NCBI GenBank assembly: GCA_963723105.1
Contig: CAVRPK010000007.1
Location: 37,461 to 101,460, forward strand
Direction of reading: 5' to 3'
Source of the DNA: an uncultured Candidatus Micrarchaeota archaeon
GTDB lineage: Archaea; Micrarchaeota; Micrarchaeia; Anstonellales; Bilamarchaeaceae
Length of the DNA: 64,000 bases
Within the stretch, counting starts at the first letter, position 1, and every line of letters starts with the position of its first letter. A program made the position numbers and the translations under genes. This document shows, one piece after another, positions 56,801 through 64,000 of the stretch. The notes under the pieces were generated by a model, which was not told where the DNA came from, made no database searches, and was given only the letters and a program-made list of their open reading frames with translations.

Positions 56801-56933
56801 TCCAGTAGACTGGACTACAGAAACAACTGTAGTTCGTGAAGTTGCTACCGGAAAAATAGTTGTTGCAGGCGCAGAAGCATCAGACACTATGCAAGCTGGA
56901 AAGGACTTCCTAGCACAGCTACAAAACGCATAA
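53823..56933 (+). CDS. S-layer protein (Methanococcales/Thermococcales-like N- and C-terminal domains)
   Basis: Signal MKVNLKKFGAIVAGATILASS; SAPSDAVVASMIA; very acidic core; C-terminal IAVGG.AVNSV and IVVAG....DT..A. Confidence 0.9.
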   Translation: MKVNLKKFGAIVAGATILASSAAFAAVTFGSTTLVDDSGAPLAKVALGSNSAPSDAVVASMIAGKLASATYKSETLTASVSGTATCSGDDEGNSSGTCSISNEKARLEITVPGSVAAGTWTGDNLIGDFLNRDLFDREPNADPTDSDQAYENGGSDTSENANPFTDGSGADIGVSEEFMYNIDGGMFSPFADATLTDTDSGNTYVEMQNLWVKGDNHFDEDPDDVVGDLDFIAYTLKFDGPGGDELGIPVCTESEDNDFSFCKGANGDIDDATETHRLKVWFLGEEWIISEMNAPTPSDVTNENVLVNGGSVKLAKESVGGILNQGEFLQVDDLKFQLDDLEAHGDTTSAILSVLDANDNILEKDKVDPGDTKEMNVNGKEYRFHVYKVAPGYTFGAKWADVAIFSHEIECEDGQDLDSDENTNPHYECALGWKNMDAETGAPVADGGDPENPDTLRTLVIFTDDVEDVSSSGESELEAGDYVSLVEEPTAWKLSYKGLDVAEDDRYNLKFEIKTSDKEISANKGPYTSCDDGSMPTFYPTTCGGGANPVQAKCVIYAPYIEVSSGATGSVFEVDRSDVGGDLSDNEFYVVLSADPGNPTGAVFAATCDATNSGEAADDFPNQFQSVGAGEDLGLHQGTVFMKLSSSSNDYGILDYVDSSNGNFGTGGTTKSDVGTEVRYEDIGDGDHDFAPPDGGVIVIEGTSFSASGYNGVGDDVAASGEENQIEDLLQSLAPGSGTAGWNSGTPELLFAIAEKAGTGSSSEFVDYWVFGVEDSDAGPSDATFDFNSEHYDGTQVTSDDEEILYGHAVSNPGAGDSCAFGATEFYCGPEVSGPIDSNMQLVEEGYISERGSVFDMIDDNTVEFDMAHRLIRAEWWLGPSETSSASDSTTVVTLGEGESTTVGGVTVKVLEITEDVGACSAAGGAVSCTADMSGVSALVMPNNAPSVEVAVPYSGNYGNLVVLDTDAVGLNTVIAVGGDAVNSVSLDLLADSPVDWTTETTVVREVATGKIVVAGAEASDTMQAGKDFLAQLQNA

Positions 56934-58214
56934 TTTTTTCTTTTTTATTTTTTCTATCAACTGACTCAAAACTTCTTTTGCAAATCCTTGTCTTACTCTG
57001 ATAGCACCAGCTCTGATATGTCCGCCACCGCCTTCAACAAAATCACCCATGCATTTCTGCATTTCTTCTGCAAGAAGATTTGCTCCAAGCCCCATTTTTT
57101 CAGCTTCTGCATTCAATCTCAAAATAAGCGTCCGTTCATTGTATCCTATCACAACAAGCGGCCCATCATTCATTTTTCCTTCAAAAATTCTTGTTGTAAT
57201 CTTTCCAGCAGGTGGCCACTCTCCTTTTTTGACAATATTTTCCAGTGCAAAATGAACAATATTCAAATTCCCTTCCTTTGTTTCTTTTATTCGAACTTTT
57301 CCAACTGCTTCATCAATTGCTTCTTCTGCCTGGTTTGAAATAGAATAGAAAAGCTCAGCCTTATCCATAACATTTTTGTAGAACTCAAGGTTATTTCCAA
57401 AAGAAGTATGTGCTGCTAAAAAGTCCAAAACCAATGCTTTTTTTACTTCCTTTTCTCCGTGTTCAATGATATTGCTCTTATCTCCAGAACATGCAGTTGC
57501 AGCAAGGTCCATTGCCTTTTCGCTTTTCATCCCACAAGCAACTGCTATCTCACTTGCCAGATATCCAGCACAATATTTAGAACCATTATCTGTTACTGAG
57601 AATGGAGTAATTGCTCTTTTTGCAACTTCTTTGCCTGGAGGATGATGATCTATGATCATATACTCAATTCCAGCTGCTTCCAAAAGCTTTAATCCATCTA
57701 ATGACTGGTCGCTCGATCCAAAATCAAGAAGAATAATTAACGGTCTTGTTTCCTGTCCAATTCCGCTAATATCTCGAAGTGCATCACGAACACTATATGC
57801 TACTGCATTTTGCTGATAGCTTTTACATCTAACTACTTCGTTAATTGCAAAAGCACCGCAAACTCCATCTGCATCTCCGTGAAACCTGAGTAAAACCATT
57901 CTCCCTAGTTTTTTTGCGCATATCAATTTCTGTGCAGCTTCCTTTAGCTGTGGCCAAAGCTTTTCAGTAACCTCATCTTTTAGCAAAGAAGGAGCATCAG
58001 CGTCAATCTGAACATTATCTGCGATCTTTTGATATGCATCGTCTGCTTCTTTTCCTTCGAGTATTATAACTAAACTCGGATTGATTACATCTCCGTTTAT
58101 TTCTCCTTCTACGTCAACTAAACTTCCCTGGGAAATGTCGTTTTCACTTTGAAACACGTATCTATTTTTTCCATCAATAAAAGTATACTCTTTTTTCCCT
58201 GAAAAATATCTCAC
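56919..58214 (-). CDS. DHH-family phosphoesterase, RecJ-like, with N-terminal OB-like domain
   Basis: RFHGDADG, LLDFG, IIDHH, SGD and DHHA1 GGGH..AG. Confidence 0.85.
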   Translation of the reverse strand: MRYFSGKKEYTFIDGKNRYVFQSENDISQGSLVDVEGEINGDVINPSLVIILEGKEADDAYQKIADNVQIDADAPSLLKDEVTEKLWPQLKEAAQKLICAKKLGRMVLLRFHGDADGVCGAFAINEVVRCKSYQQNAVAYSVRDALRDISGIGQETRPLIILLDFGSSDQSLDGLKLLEAAGIEYMIIDHHPPGKEVAKRAITPFSVTDNGSKYCAGYLASEIAVACGMKSEKAMDLAATACSGDKSNIIEHGEKEVKKALVLDFLAAHTSFGNNLEFYKNVMDKAELFYSISNQAEEAIDEAVGKVRIKETKEGNLNIVHFALENIVKKGEWPPAGKITTRIFEGKMNDGPLVVIGYNERTLILRLNAEAEKMGLGANLLAEEMQKCMGDFVEGGGGHIRAGAIRVRQGFAKEVLSQLIEKIKKKKLCVL

Positions 58215-58231
58215 TCTTTTTATGATTCCTA

Positions 58232-58849
58232 TCAGAAGATCACCACTATTTTATCCCCGTCTTTTTTGTTTAGTTTTTTCCTAATGTCAAATTCGCTGAT
58301 AATCTCAAGCACATTTTGTCCATGGGAGCTTCGAAGCGGAACAACAACTGCACACTTTTCTCCCCCGAGTTTTCCAGGATATGCATAAATGTCTCCATAA
58401 GTTCTGTCTTTGCTTGAAAAACCTTTGATCAATATTGGCTCGAGCCCCATCAATTGGTCTTTTTTCCATTTCTCATCTACTTCGATATTCAATGTGCCTG
58501 GATATGGGCTAAACCCAAGTTTTTCTTTGATCTGGCTTCTATATTCATCTAATTCCATGTAGTATCTTCCTTCTCCAAGCCCAGTTACTATCTTTCCAGA
58601 AATCTCGAACTTTTCTTCAATTGCTGCCTTCAAAATCGCATATTCTGCTGCAAAAATTTCCTGTGCTTTTTTTGTAATACTAATCCCATCATTAGTTCTT
58701 CTCACATATCCTTCTTCTTCCAGTTGTCCAAGTCTTCTTGATGCGCTTTGTTGGGAAATTCCTATCTCTGCCCCAAGCTCTAGCGTAGTTATTTTTGCCG
58801 GTTTTCGATGCGCTCCGATTTTCAGGAGCAAAAGAAGAATCTCGTCCAT
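58232..58849 (-). CDS. ribK: CTP-dependent riboflavin kinase with N-terminal HTH
   Basis: ISQQSASRRL, GLGEGRYY, PYPGTLN, P.RSSH..LEIIS. Confidence 0.93.
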   Translation of the reverse strand: MDEILLLLLKIGAHRKPAKITTLELGAEIGISQQSASRRLGQLEEEGYVRRTNDGISITKKAQEIFAAEYAILKAAIEEKFEISGKIVTGLGEGRYYMELDEYRSQIKEKLGFSPYPGTLNIEVDEKWKKDQLMGLEPILIKGFSSKDRTYGDIYAYPGKLGGEKCAVVVPLRSSHGQNVLEIISEFDIRKKLNKKDGDKIVVIF

Positions 58850-58883
58850 CTGATTTTATATTTATCAGGAATCTATAAATATC

Positions 58884-59462
58884 ATGGAGATTTTTTACAA
58901 TTCCTTAAAACTCACAATCACAGACACTGTATACGCCCCTGCTGAGGATTCATATATGCTTGCAGATAGCGCTTTTTCTGCAGGAAACGTCCTTGAAATT
59001 GGCTGTGGCAGTGGTGTTGTTTCTCTTTCCTGGGCCAAATTAAATTCTGTTACTGGAGTAGATATCAATCCTGATGCCGTTGCGCTTTCAAAGGAAAATG
59101 CCCTGAAAAATAATATTTCAGCATCATTTTTCCAAAGCGACCTTTTCTCAAATGTTAATGGAAAATTCGACGTGATTCTTTTCAATCCTCCTTACCTCCC
59201 AACAGATCGCCATGAACAGATTAATGGAAAAATAAACCATGCCTTTGATGGTGGTGCTGATGGCCGCGTGATTCTAAATCGCTTTTTGAGCCAGTTTGAG
59301 GAGCATCTCAAGCCAGATGGAAAACTGTTTTTGATTCAAAGCAACCTCAATGATTATGATCAAACAATAGAGCAGTTGCATGAGCTTGGTTTTAATACTG
59401 AAATAATTGAAAAACACGAGTTCTTTTTTGAAAAACTTTATCTGATTGTAGCTTCCAAATGA
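58884..59462 (+). CDS. HemK2/MTQ2-family release factor glutamine methyltransferase
   Basis: VYAPAEDSY, LEIGCGSG, FNPPYLP and GGADGR. Confidence 0.93.
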   Translation: MEIFYNSLKLTITDTVYAPAEDSYMLADSAFSAGNVLEIGCGSGVVSLSWAKLNSVTGVDINPDAVALSKENALKNNISASFFQSDLFSNVNGKFDVILFNPPYLPTDRHEQINGKINHAFDGGADGRVILNRFLSQFEEHLKPDGKLFLIQSNLNDYDQTIEQLHELGFNTEIIEKHEFFFEKLYLIVASK

Positions 59463-59468
59463 GATCAT

Positions 59469-59559
59469 TTCGGTCAGACGCTGTTGACGCTGTCATCAAG
59501 ACAAGAGCTAAAATACGGCGCTCAAGCCTCTCTAAGGTTGTCCATGTCATCATCCCGAA
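59469..59559 (-). ncRNA. Box C/D guide RNA (91 nt) with about 31-nt hairpin insert
   Basis: Stem TTCGG/CCGAA; C ATGATGA 59553-59547; C' TTGATGA 59499-59493; guide CAGCGTCAACAGCGT; D CTGA 59477-59474. D' is degenerate (TAGA). ATTTAAT TATA-like about 25 nt upstream. Confidence 0.82.
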
Positions 59560-59684
59560 TTAATAATTTACTAGCAGGGCATTAAATCCTCTTCCCTCGC
59601 AGTTATTTTTTCTTTCCCATGGTTTTTCTTGCCTAAACACCACATAACATACCTTTTTATAACTTATTGAACACTAATTATAAC

Positions 59685-60125
59685 ATGAACAGTGGATTTT
59701 CGCGCTTAAGTCCAGAGTCGAAGGCCAAGATGCGGACGGTCATTCAATCTTGGAAGCGAACTAAATCTGGTATTGATATACTTACAGAAGGGCTTCAGGT
59801 TCTTGCTAGTCCCAACCGGGAGAGTGCAATGACATTAATCAAAGAAGGCTCTGCTGTAGCTGATTTTATTTGCGGATATGGAAAAGGCACCCGGCCAAAA
59901 CTATCTCTTGATAAAAGGGATGCTATCCTATTGCTCGAGGTTTTATCGGCTGTAAAGGATGTGGCACAGGATGATCCAAAGAGAACTGCAGAGCTTTTAG
60001 ATACTGCAACTTCTGTTTTGCTAAACGGAACAGATCCAGGTTCTTTAGACCGCTCTTATGATCCTCTGATTAAAAAACTGACTAAATTCCATCCAAAAAT
60101 CGGACAGCAATCATTGTTTTCATAA
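59685..60125 (+). CDS. Hypothetical helical protein
   Basis: About 146-aa ORF after a TTTTATAA TATA box (leaderless start). Confidence 0.55.
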   Translation: MNSGFSRLSPESKAKMRTVIQSWKRTKSGIDILTEGLQVLASPNRESAMTLIKEGSAVADFICGYGKGTRPKLSLDKRDAILLLEVLSAVKDVAQDDPKRTAELLDTATSVLLNGTDPGSLDRSYDPLIKKLTKFHPKIGQQSLFS

Positions 60126-60173
60126 TTGAAAATTCTTCTAGTTATTTAAATCTTTTTTTCCTAATCTTCTTCT

Positions 60174-60419
60174 ATGACAAAAGCTGAAGAGATAATCGCA
60201 GAATTTGTTGGCGTTGGGGTCTCAGAGCACGATGCCCAGGTTCTTGCTGATTGCATTATAACGAGAAAATCATGTTCTTGGGTTAGTACTGAAGATGTAA
60301 ACAATCAGATGCTCAAAGACGTAGACCATGTTATTGAAAAAAATGCGTATGGCCTTACTGTTAAAGTTGACTCCATTCCAACTCGAAGCAAGTTTATTTG
60401 GGATGTGAAGGTAGTATGA
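60174..60419 (+). CDS. Small hypothetical protein
   Basis: 81 aa; TTTAAA TATA upstream; ATGA overlap with the NUDIX gene. Confidence 0.65.
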   Translation: MTKAEEIIAEFVGVGVSEHDAQVLADCIITRKSCSWVSTEDVNNQMLKDVDHVIEKNAYGLTVKVDSIPTRSKFIWDVKVV

Positions 60420-60799
60420 GGCAATTTGCCTGCGATTCTATTCTAATTGAAAATGGAAAACTACTTCTGATAAAACGTGCCTATGATCCATTTGCAGGTC
60501 AGTGGGCGCTTCCAGGTGGCAGAATAGACGATAATGAAACTGCCGAAGATTGTCTTGTGCGCGAGATGAAAGAAGAAACAAACCTTGAAGTTGAACTAGT
60601 AAAATTCACTGGGCTTTATTCTGATCCAAATCGGGATCCTCGAGGGGTAATTGCTGCTGCTTATCTGGTAAAACGCTTATCTGGAGATCCAAAGGCAGGC
60701 GATGATGCTGGAGAGGTTGCATGGTTTGATCTAACTGACTTGCCTCCACTTTGTACCGATCACAGGAAAATCCTAAACGATGCGCTCAATTCCAGATAA
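60416..60799 (+). CDS. NUDIX hydrolase (ADP-ribose pyrophosphatase-like)
   Basis: WALPGG..ETAEDCLVREMKEETNL, DPNRDPRG and AGDDA. Confidence 0.93.
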   Translation: MRQFACDSILIENGKLLLIKRAYDPFAGQWALPGGRIDDNETAEDCLVREMKEETNLEVELVKFTGLYSDPNRDPRGVIAAAYLVKRLSGDPKAGDDAGEVAWFDLTDLPPLCTDHRKILNDALNSR

Positions 60800-60844
60800 T
60801 AGGAACATATATATCAATCAATTGAGCGATGAATACGTGTTTAT

Positions 60845-61378
60845 ATGAAAATCCTTGTTTTTGTCATTTTATCAGTTATTCTGCTCGGTTGTACTGCCTC
60901 GGATACAACCAATACCGATGAACAATCGATAGAAGAGTCATCCAATTCCGACTGGCGCAATATTGAACTAACTGATGTTTCAACTGGCAATACCTTCCGA
61001 ATCAGTGATTATTCCGGAAAGCCAATACTAGTTGAAAGTTTTGCAGTCTGGTGTCCGACCTGCTTGCAGCAACAGAGAGAATTACAAGACATTGTTGATT
61101 TACGTGGAGACGAAATCACCCACGTTTCACTTGATACTGATCCAAACGAAGACTCACAAAAAGTTCTTGATCATGTGCAGCAAAATAATTTTGGATGGTA
61201 CTATGCGATTTCTCCAGCTGATCTTACAGAAGATCTGATCGATGAATTTGGAATAGGCATAGTAAACGCACCTTCTGCTCCGATCATTCTAGTATGTGAG
61301 GATCAGAGCGCACGTCTTCTCCCAAGCGGGCTCAAAAGAAGCGCTGCAATTCTGGAAGAACTAGAAAAGGGGTGCTAG
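60845..61378 (+). CDS. TlpA/ResA-like thioredoxin lipoprotein
   Basis: Lipobox ILLGC; FAVWCPTC; SLDTDPNE. Confidence 0.88.
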   Translation: MKILVFVILSVILLGCTASDTTNTDEQSIEESSNSDWRNIELTDVSTGNTFRISDYSGKPILVESFAVWCPTCLQQQRELQDIVDLRGDEITHVSLDTDPNEDSQKVLDHVQQNNFGWYYAISPADLTEDLIDEFGIGIVNAPSAPIILVCEDQSARLLPSGLKRSAAILEELEKGC

Positions 61379-61381
61379 CTT

Positions 61382-62056
61382 GTGTTATTAGAAGACTTAG
61401 GCTCATCATTTATCCTTGGACTTCTAACACCGCTAACAGCACTATGCACTCTTCCGCTATTTCCTGGTTTTCTATCTTATCTAACAGAACAGCTCTCAAG
61501 AAAAAACATCAAAATTTCTCCATTTGGCCTATCTTTGATTGTAAGTCTTGGGACAATATCATTCATGGTGCTCTTTGGATTAGTATTCTCCACCATTCTT
61601 CAGGTTTCCCTGACAAATGTAATCGGGATAATCTCCCCAATCGCATTCTTTTTTCTTGGAGCAGTCAGTATTTCCATGATTCTAAACTATGACCTTTCCA
61701 ACATCTTTCCACAATTCCAGGCACCAATTTCAAAAAATCCGATCATCAGCGCATATTCTTTTGGCTTTTTCTTCGGTGCAATAGTTATCCCTTGCAATCC
61801 TCTATTTATTGCAGCAATTTTTGCCAAAAATCTGCTTTCAAATGATGCTCTATTGGGAATTTTTAATTTTCTGTTCTTTGGCTTTGGAATAAGTTTCCCA
61901 TTAGTTTTATTCTCACTACTTTCAGGCTCTCAATCTAGTTCAATAATCAAATTCCTTATCAAACACAAGAGAAATATCAATTTATTTTCAGGGATCATCA
62001 TGCTACTGGTTTCCATTTACTATATTGTCTTTGTTTTCAAAATTTTTGGAGCATAA
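61382..62056 (+). CDS. ccdA: CcdA/DsbD-family membrane electron transporter
   Basis: Six TMs with two membrane Cys (LCTLPLFP; IPCNP); adjacent to the thioredoxin gene. Confidence 0.85.
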   Translation: MLLEDLGSSFILGLLTPLTALCTLPLFPGFLSYLTEQLSRKNIKISPFGLSLIVSLGTISFMVLFGLVFSTILQVSLTNVIGIISPIAFFFLGAVSISMILNYDLSNIFPQFQAPISKNPIISAYSFGFFFGAIVIPCNPLFIAAIFAKNLLSNDALLGIFNFLFFGFGISFPLVLFSLLSGSQSSSIIKFLIKHKRNINLFSGIIMLLVSIYYIVFVFKIFGA

Positions 62057-62131
62057 GTAAAGAAGAAATAGCAAGGGAGAGGGATTTCTGGTTGTATTTC
62101 ATCCAGATGCCCTACTCATATTAGAGAATAA

Positions 62132-62683
62132 CTATTCAGAGTTCTCAATCATTGCAAGGTCTCCAAGAGCAACCATATCTTCTTCTGCTCTTGCGGCTGC
62201 AGCAGCTTCCTTTCTTGCAACTGCTCTAATTCCTTTGTATTGGTCATAGAGGCCTTTCAATTCATCTCGAATAACTTTAAGATCAACTTCAATAGTTACG
62301 ATCTCGCCTTCTCCATCGGTTATGTCTTTTTCAACATATCTGATCTTTCGGCGTGCTCGCTCTACTTCTTTGACTTCTTCGAGCTTTTCATCGATCTTGC
62401 GCATTTTTTTGATTAGTTCTCTTTCCATAGCTGGGGTATATGCAGCAGTCGATATTTTGAATTCCAAAGATCGTTTCATCTTCCTAAATGGAGCGACTTG
62501 GACATCTTTTGTCTGTTCAAGAAATGGTTTGAGGGCTTTCTGCTCGTACTTCTTGTACCTAATCCTTCTATTGAGGGCTTTGATCCTATCGATGAGATCT
62601 CCCTTCTGCTTCTCAAGTTCGTCTATCCTAGTCTTGAGAGAATCCTCAGGCGTCCCTTCTTTGATTTCTTCTTCAGTTCCCAT
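62132..62683 (-). CDS. Archaeal coiled-coil protein
   Basis: Heptad-rich, with the LEFKISTAAYTPAMERELIKKM motif seen in archaeal coiled-coil (COG1340-like) proteins. Confidence 0.7.
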   Translation of the reverse strand: MGTEEEIKEGTPEDSLKTRIDELEKQKGDLIDRIKALNRRIRYKKYEQKALKPFLEQTKDVQVAPFRKMKRSLEFKISTAAYTPAMERELIKKMRKIDEKLEEVKEVERARRKIRYVEKDITDGEGEIVTIEVDLKVIRDELKGLYDQYKGIRAVARKEAAAAARAEEDMVALGDLAMIENSE

Positions 62684-62740
62684 GCTATCACTAAAACAAG
62701 TATTCCGAATATTGTAGAGCAATACTTTAAAAGAATATCT

Positions 62741-63799
62741 TCAAACCTTAAATTCTATCAAAATATCTGCTCCAATCATTTTTGCCTTCATACCTCTTAC
62801 TTTTCTTGCTTTTTTCATATCACTGATTCCGCTTCCGCCAATAATTCCTGGAGCACCAATCCCCCCAATAATCTTTGGAGCAACAAATATGTAGAACTTA
62901 TCGACTATGCCTGATTCAACTGCACCTGCATTTAGTTCTGAGCCTCCTTCTATCAAAATCTTTTTTATTCCCATTGCGCCAAGTGAGCGAATTAGTGCTT
63001 TCAAATCAACTTTATCCTCTCCACAGACAAATACGTCCGCTCCTGTAGCTTTTATTGCATTGATCTTTTTCGAAGAGGCCTGTTTTGTTGTCACTATTAT
63101 CGTCCCATTCTGGACAACTTTTGAATTGAGCGGAATCTTTAGTTTTCCATCAACAATTACTCTGATTGGATTTTTTGCTCCGGGGATTCTTGCAGTCAAT
63201 CTTGGATTATCCTCTATCACTGTTCCAGATCCTACCATCACAGCATCGTAATCTGCCCTTAGTCTGGCTACAAATTCTCTGGATTTAGCGCAACTTATCC
63301 ATTTCGAGTCTCCTGTTTTTGTTGCACTTTTTCCATCTGCACTCATTGCCATCTTGATTGCAACAAATGGTTTTTTTGAAATATTCTTCAAATATCTTTT
63401 GTTTATTGCCCTGCCTTTTTCTTCTGCAACAGGACCCTTGGCAATTATACCTGCCTTTTGCAAAACCTTTTTACTGCTCACTAGTGGATTCGGGTCGCTC
63501 ATTCCATAAACCACTTTGCTTATTTTCTTTTCAATAATTAGTTCTGTGCAAGGTGGGGTTCGTTTACTATGGTGAGAACATGGCTCTAAACTCACATACA
63601 AAGTTGCTCCCTTTACATCTGCTCCATTTTTTTCAGCATCTAAAATTGCGTTTACTTCTGCATGTGGTGCTCCGGCTTTTCTATGGTATCCTCTGCCAAT
63701 AATCTTTTTTCCTTTAATAATTACTGCACCTACTCTTGGATTAGGGTAAGGATCTGCTTTTTTTGCAAGCGATAGTGCAAGTTCCATTGGTTCCATCAC
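62741..63799 (-). CDS. ribD: Bifunctional diaminohydroxyphosphoribosylaminopyrimidine deaminase / reductase
   Basis: PNPRVGAV, HAEV, LEPCSH..TPPC, SKWIS, DNPRLTAR and EGG. Confidence 0.95.
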   Translation of the reverse strand: MMEPMELALSLAKKADPYPNPRVGAVIIKGKKIIGRGYHRKAGAPHAEVNAILDAEKNGADVKGATLYVSLEPCSHHSKRTPPCTELIIEKKISKVVYGMSDPNPLVSSKKVLQKAGIIAKGPVAEEKGRAINKRYLKNISKKPFVAIKMAMSADGKSATKTGDSKWISCAKSREFVARLRADYDAVMVGSGTVIEDNPRLTARIPGAKNPIRVIVDGKLKIPLNSKVVQNGTIIVTTKQASSKKINAIKATGADVFVCGEDKVDLKALIRSLGAMGIKKILIEGGSELNAGAVESGIVDKFYIFVAPKIIGGIGAPGIIGGSGISDMKKARKVRGMKAKMIGADILIEFKV

Positions 63800-63835
63800 A
63801 ATTACCTTTTAATCATATTATGTGATACTTTTTTT

Positions 63836-64000
63836 ATGCGCGTTATTATTTTACTAATATTCTTTGTGTTTATCATTGTTGCTTTGCTCGGTGCATTAAT
63901 ATTATTCGGCCCTCAGATCGGTCTTCCACAAATCCAGATTACAGTTGTTCCGGATGAACCAACAGAACCTGAACCCTTATTCCCTGCTGATATGCAGCGT
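63836..64000 (+). CDS. Membrane-anchored or secreted protein, 3'-truncated by window edge
   Basis: MRVIILLIFFVFIIVALLGALILFG followed by a Pro/Glu linker; open to the end of the window. Confidence 0.6.
   Translation, partial: MRVIILLIFFVFIIVALLGALILFGPQIGLPQIQITVVPDEPTEPEPLFPADMQR

Noticed and set aside
62078-62113. Hairpin (TCTGG/CCAGA with GGG/CCC) in a 3' UTR, considered as a SECIS element
   Set aside because: It does not fit the archaeal SECIS geometry and no in-frame UGA selenoprotein candidate is adjacent. Probably a terminator or stability stem between convergent genes.
581-63251. Numerous 60-200 aa antisense or alternate-frame ORFs in the track (e.g. 7929..8435, 54032..54628, 6070..6483)
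   Set aside because: Shadow ORFs inside well-supported genes, with no motifs or start signals.
1-64000. CRISPR array, IS/transposase, integrase or prophage
   Set aside because: No regularly spaced direct repeats and no recognisable mobile-element proteins seen by eye; the Cas2-like gene is alone.

Overview
Compact, AT-rich archaeal chromosome segment. It carries archaeal markers (aIF5B, PCNA, RadA, pelota, CTP-dependent riboflavin kinase, an S-layer protein, an intron-containing tRNA and box C/D sRNAs) mixed with bacterial-type metabolic genes (type I GAPDH, bifunctional RibD, an rpe-tkt-tal operon) and many orphan ORFs. This mix points to a DPANN archaeon, most likely Micrarchaeota (inference). 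About 60 CDSs cover nucleotide, carbon and cofactor metabolism, translation, DNA repair, signalling and cell surface. I found no CRISPR array, transposase or integrase. The most notable signals are non-coding and absent from the ORF track. (i) Three box C/D guide RNAs. Two guides map by the D+5 rule onto conserved 2'-O-methyl sites (23S G2251, 16S C1402, E. coli numbering) and a third possibly onto 23S U2552. One RNA is about 130 nt long, with a 76-nt structured insert that can sequester its own guide and a second guide complementary to the 16S 3' end. (ii) A tRNA-Val(GAC) with two introns. (iii) Palindromic operator-like sites upstream of a stand-alone Cas2-like gene and of a DUF736-like/radA operon. 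All rRNA target assignments use remembered consensus rRNA sequence, because this organism's rRNA is not in the window.
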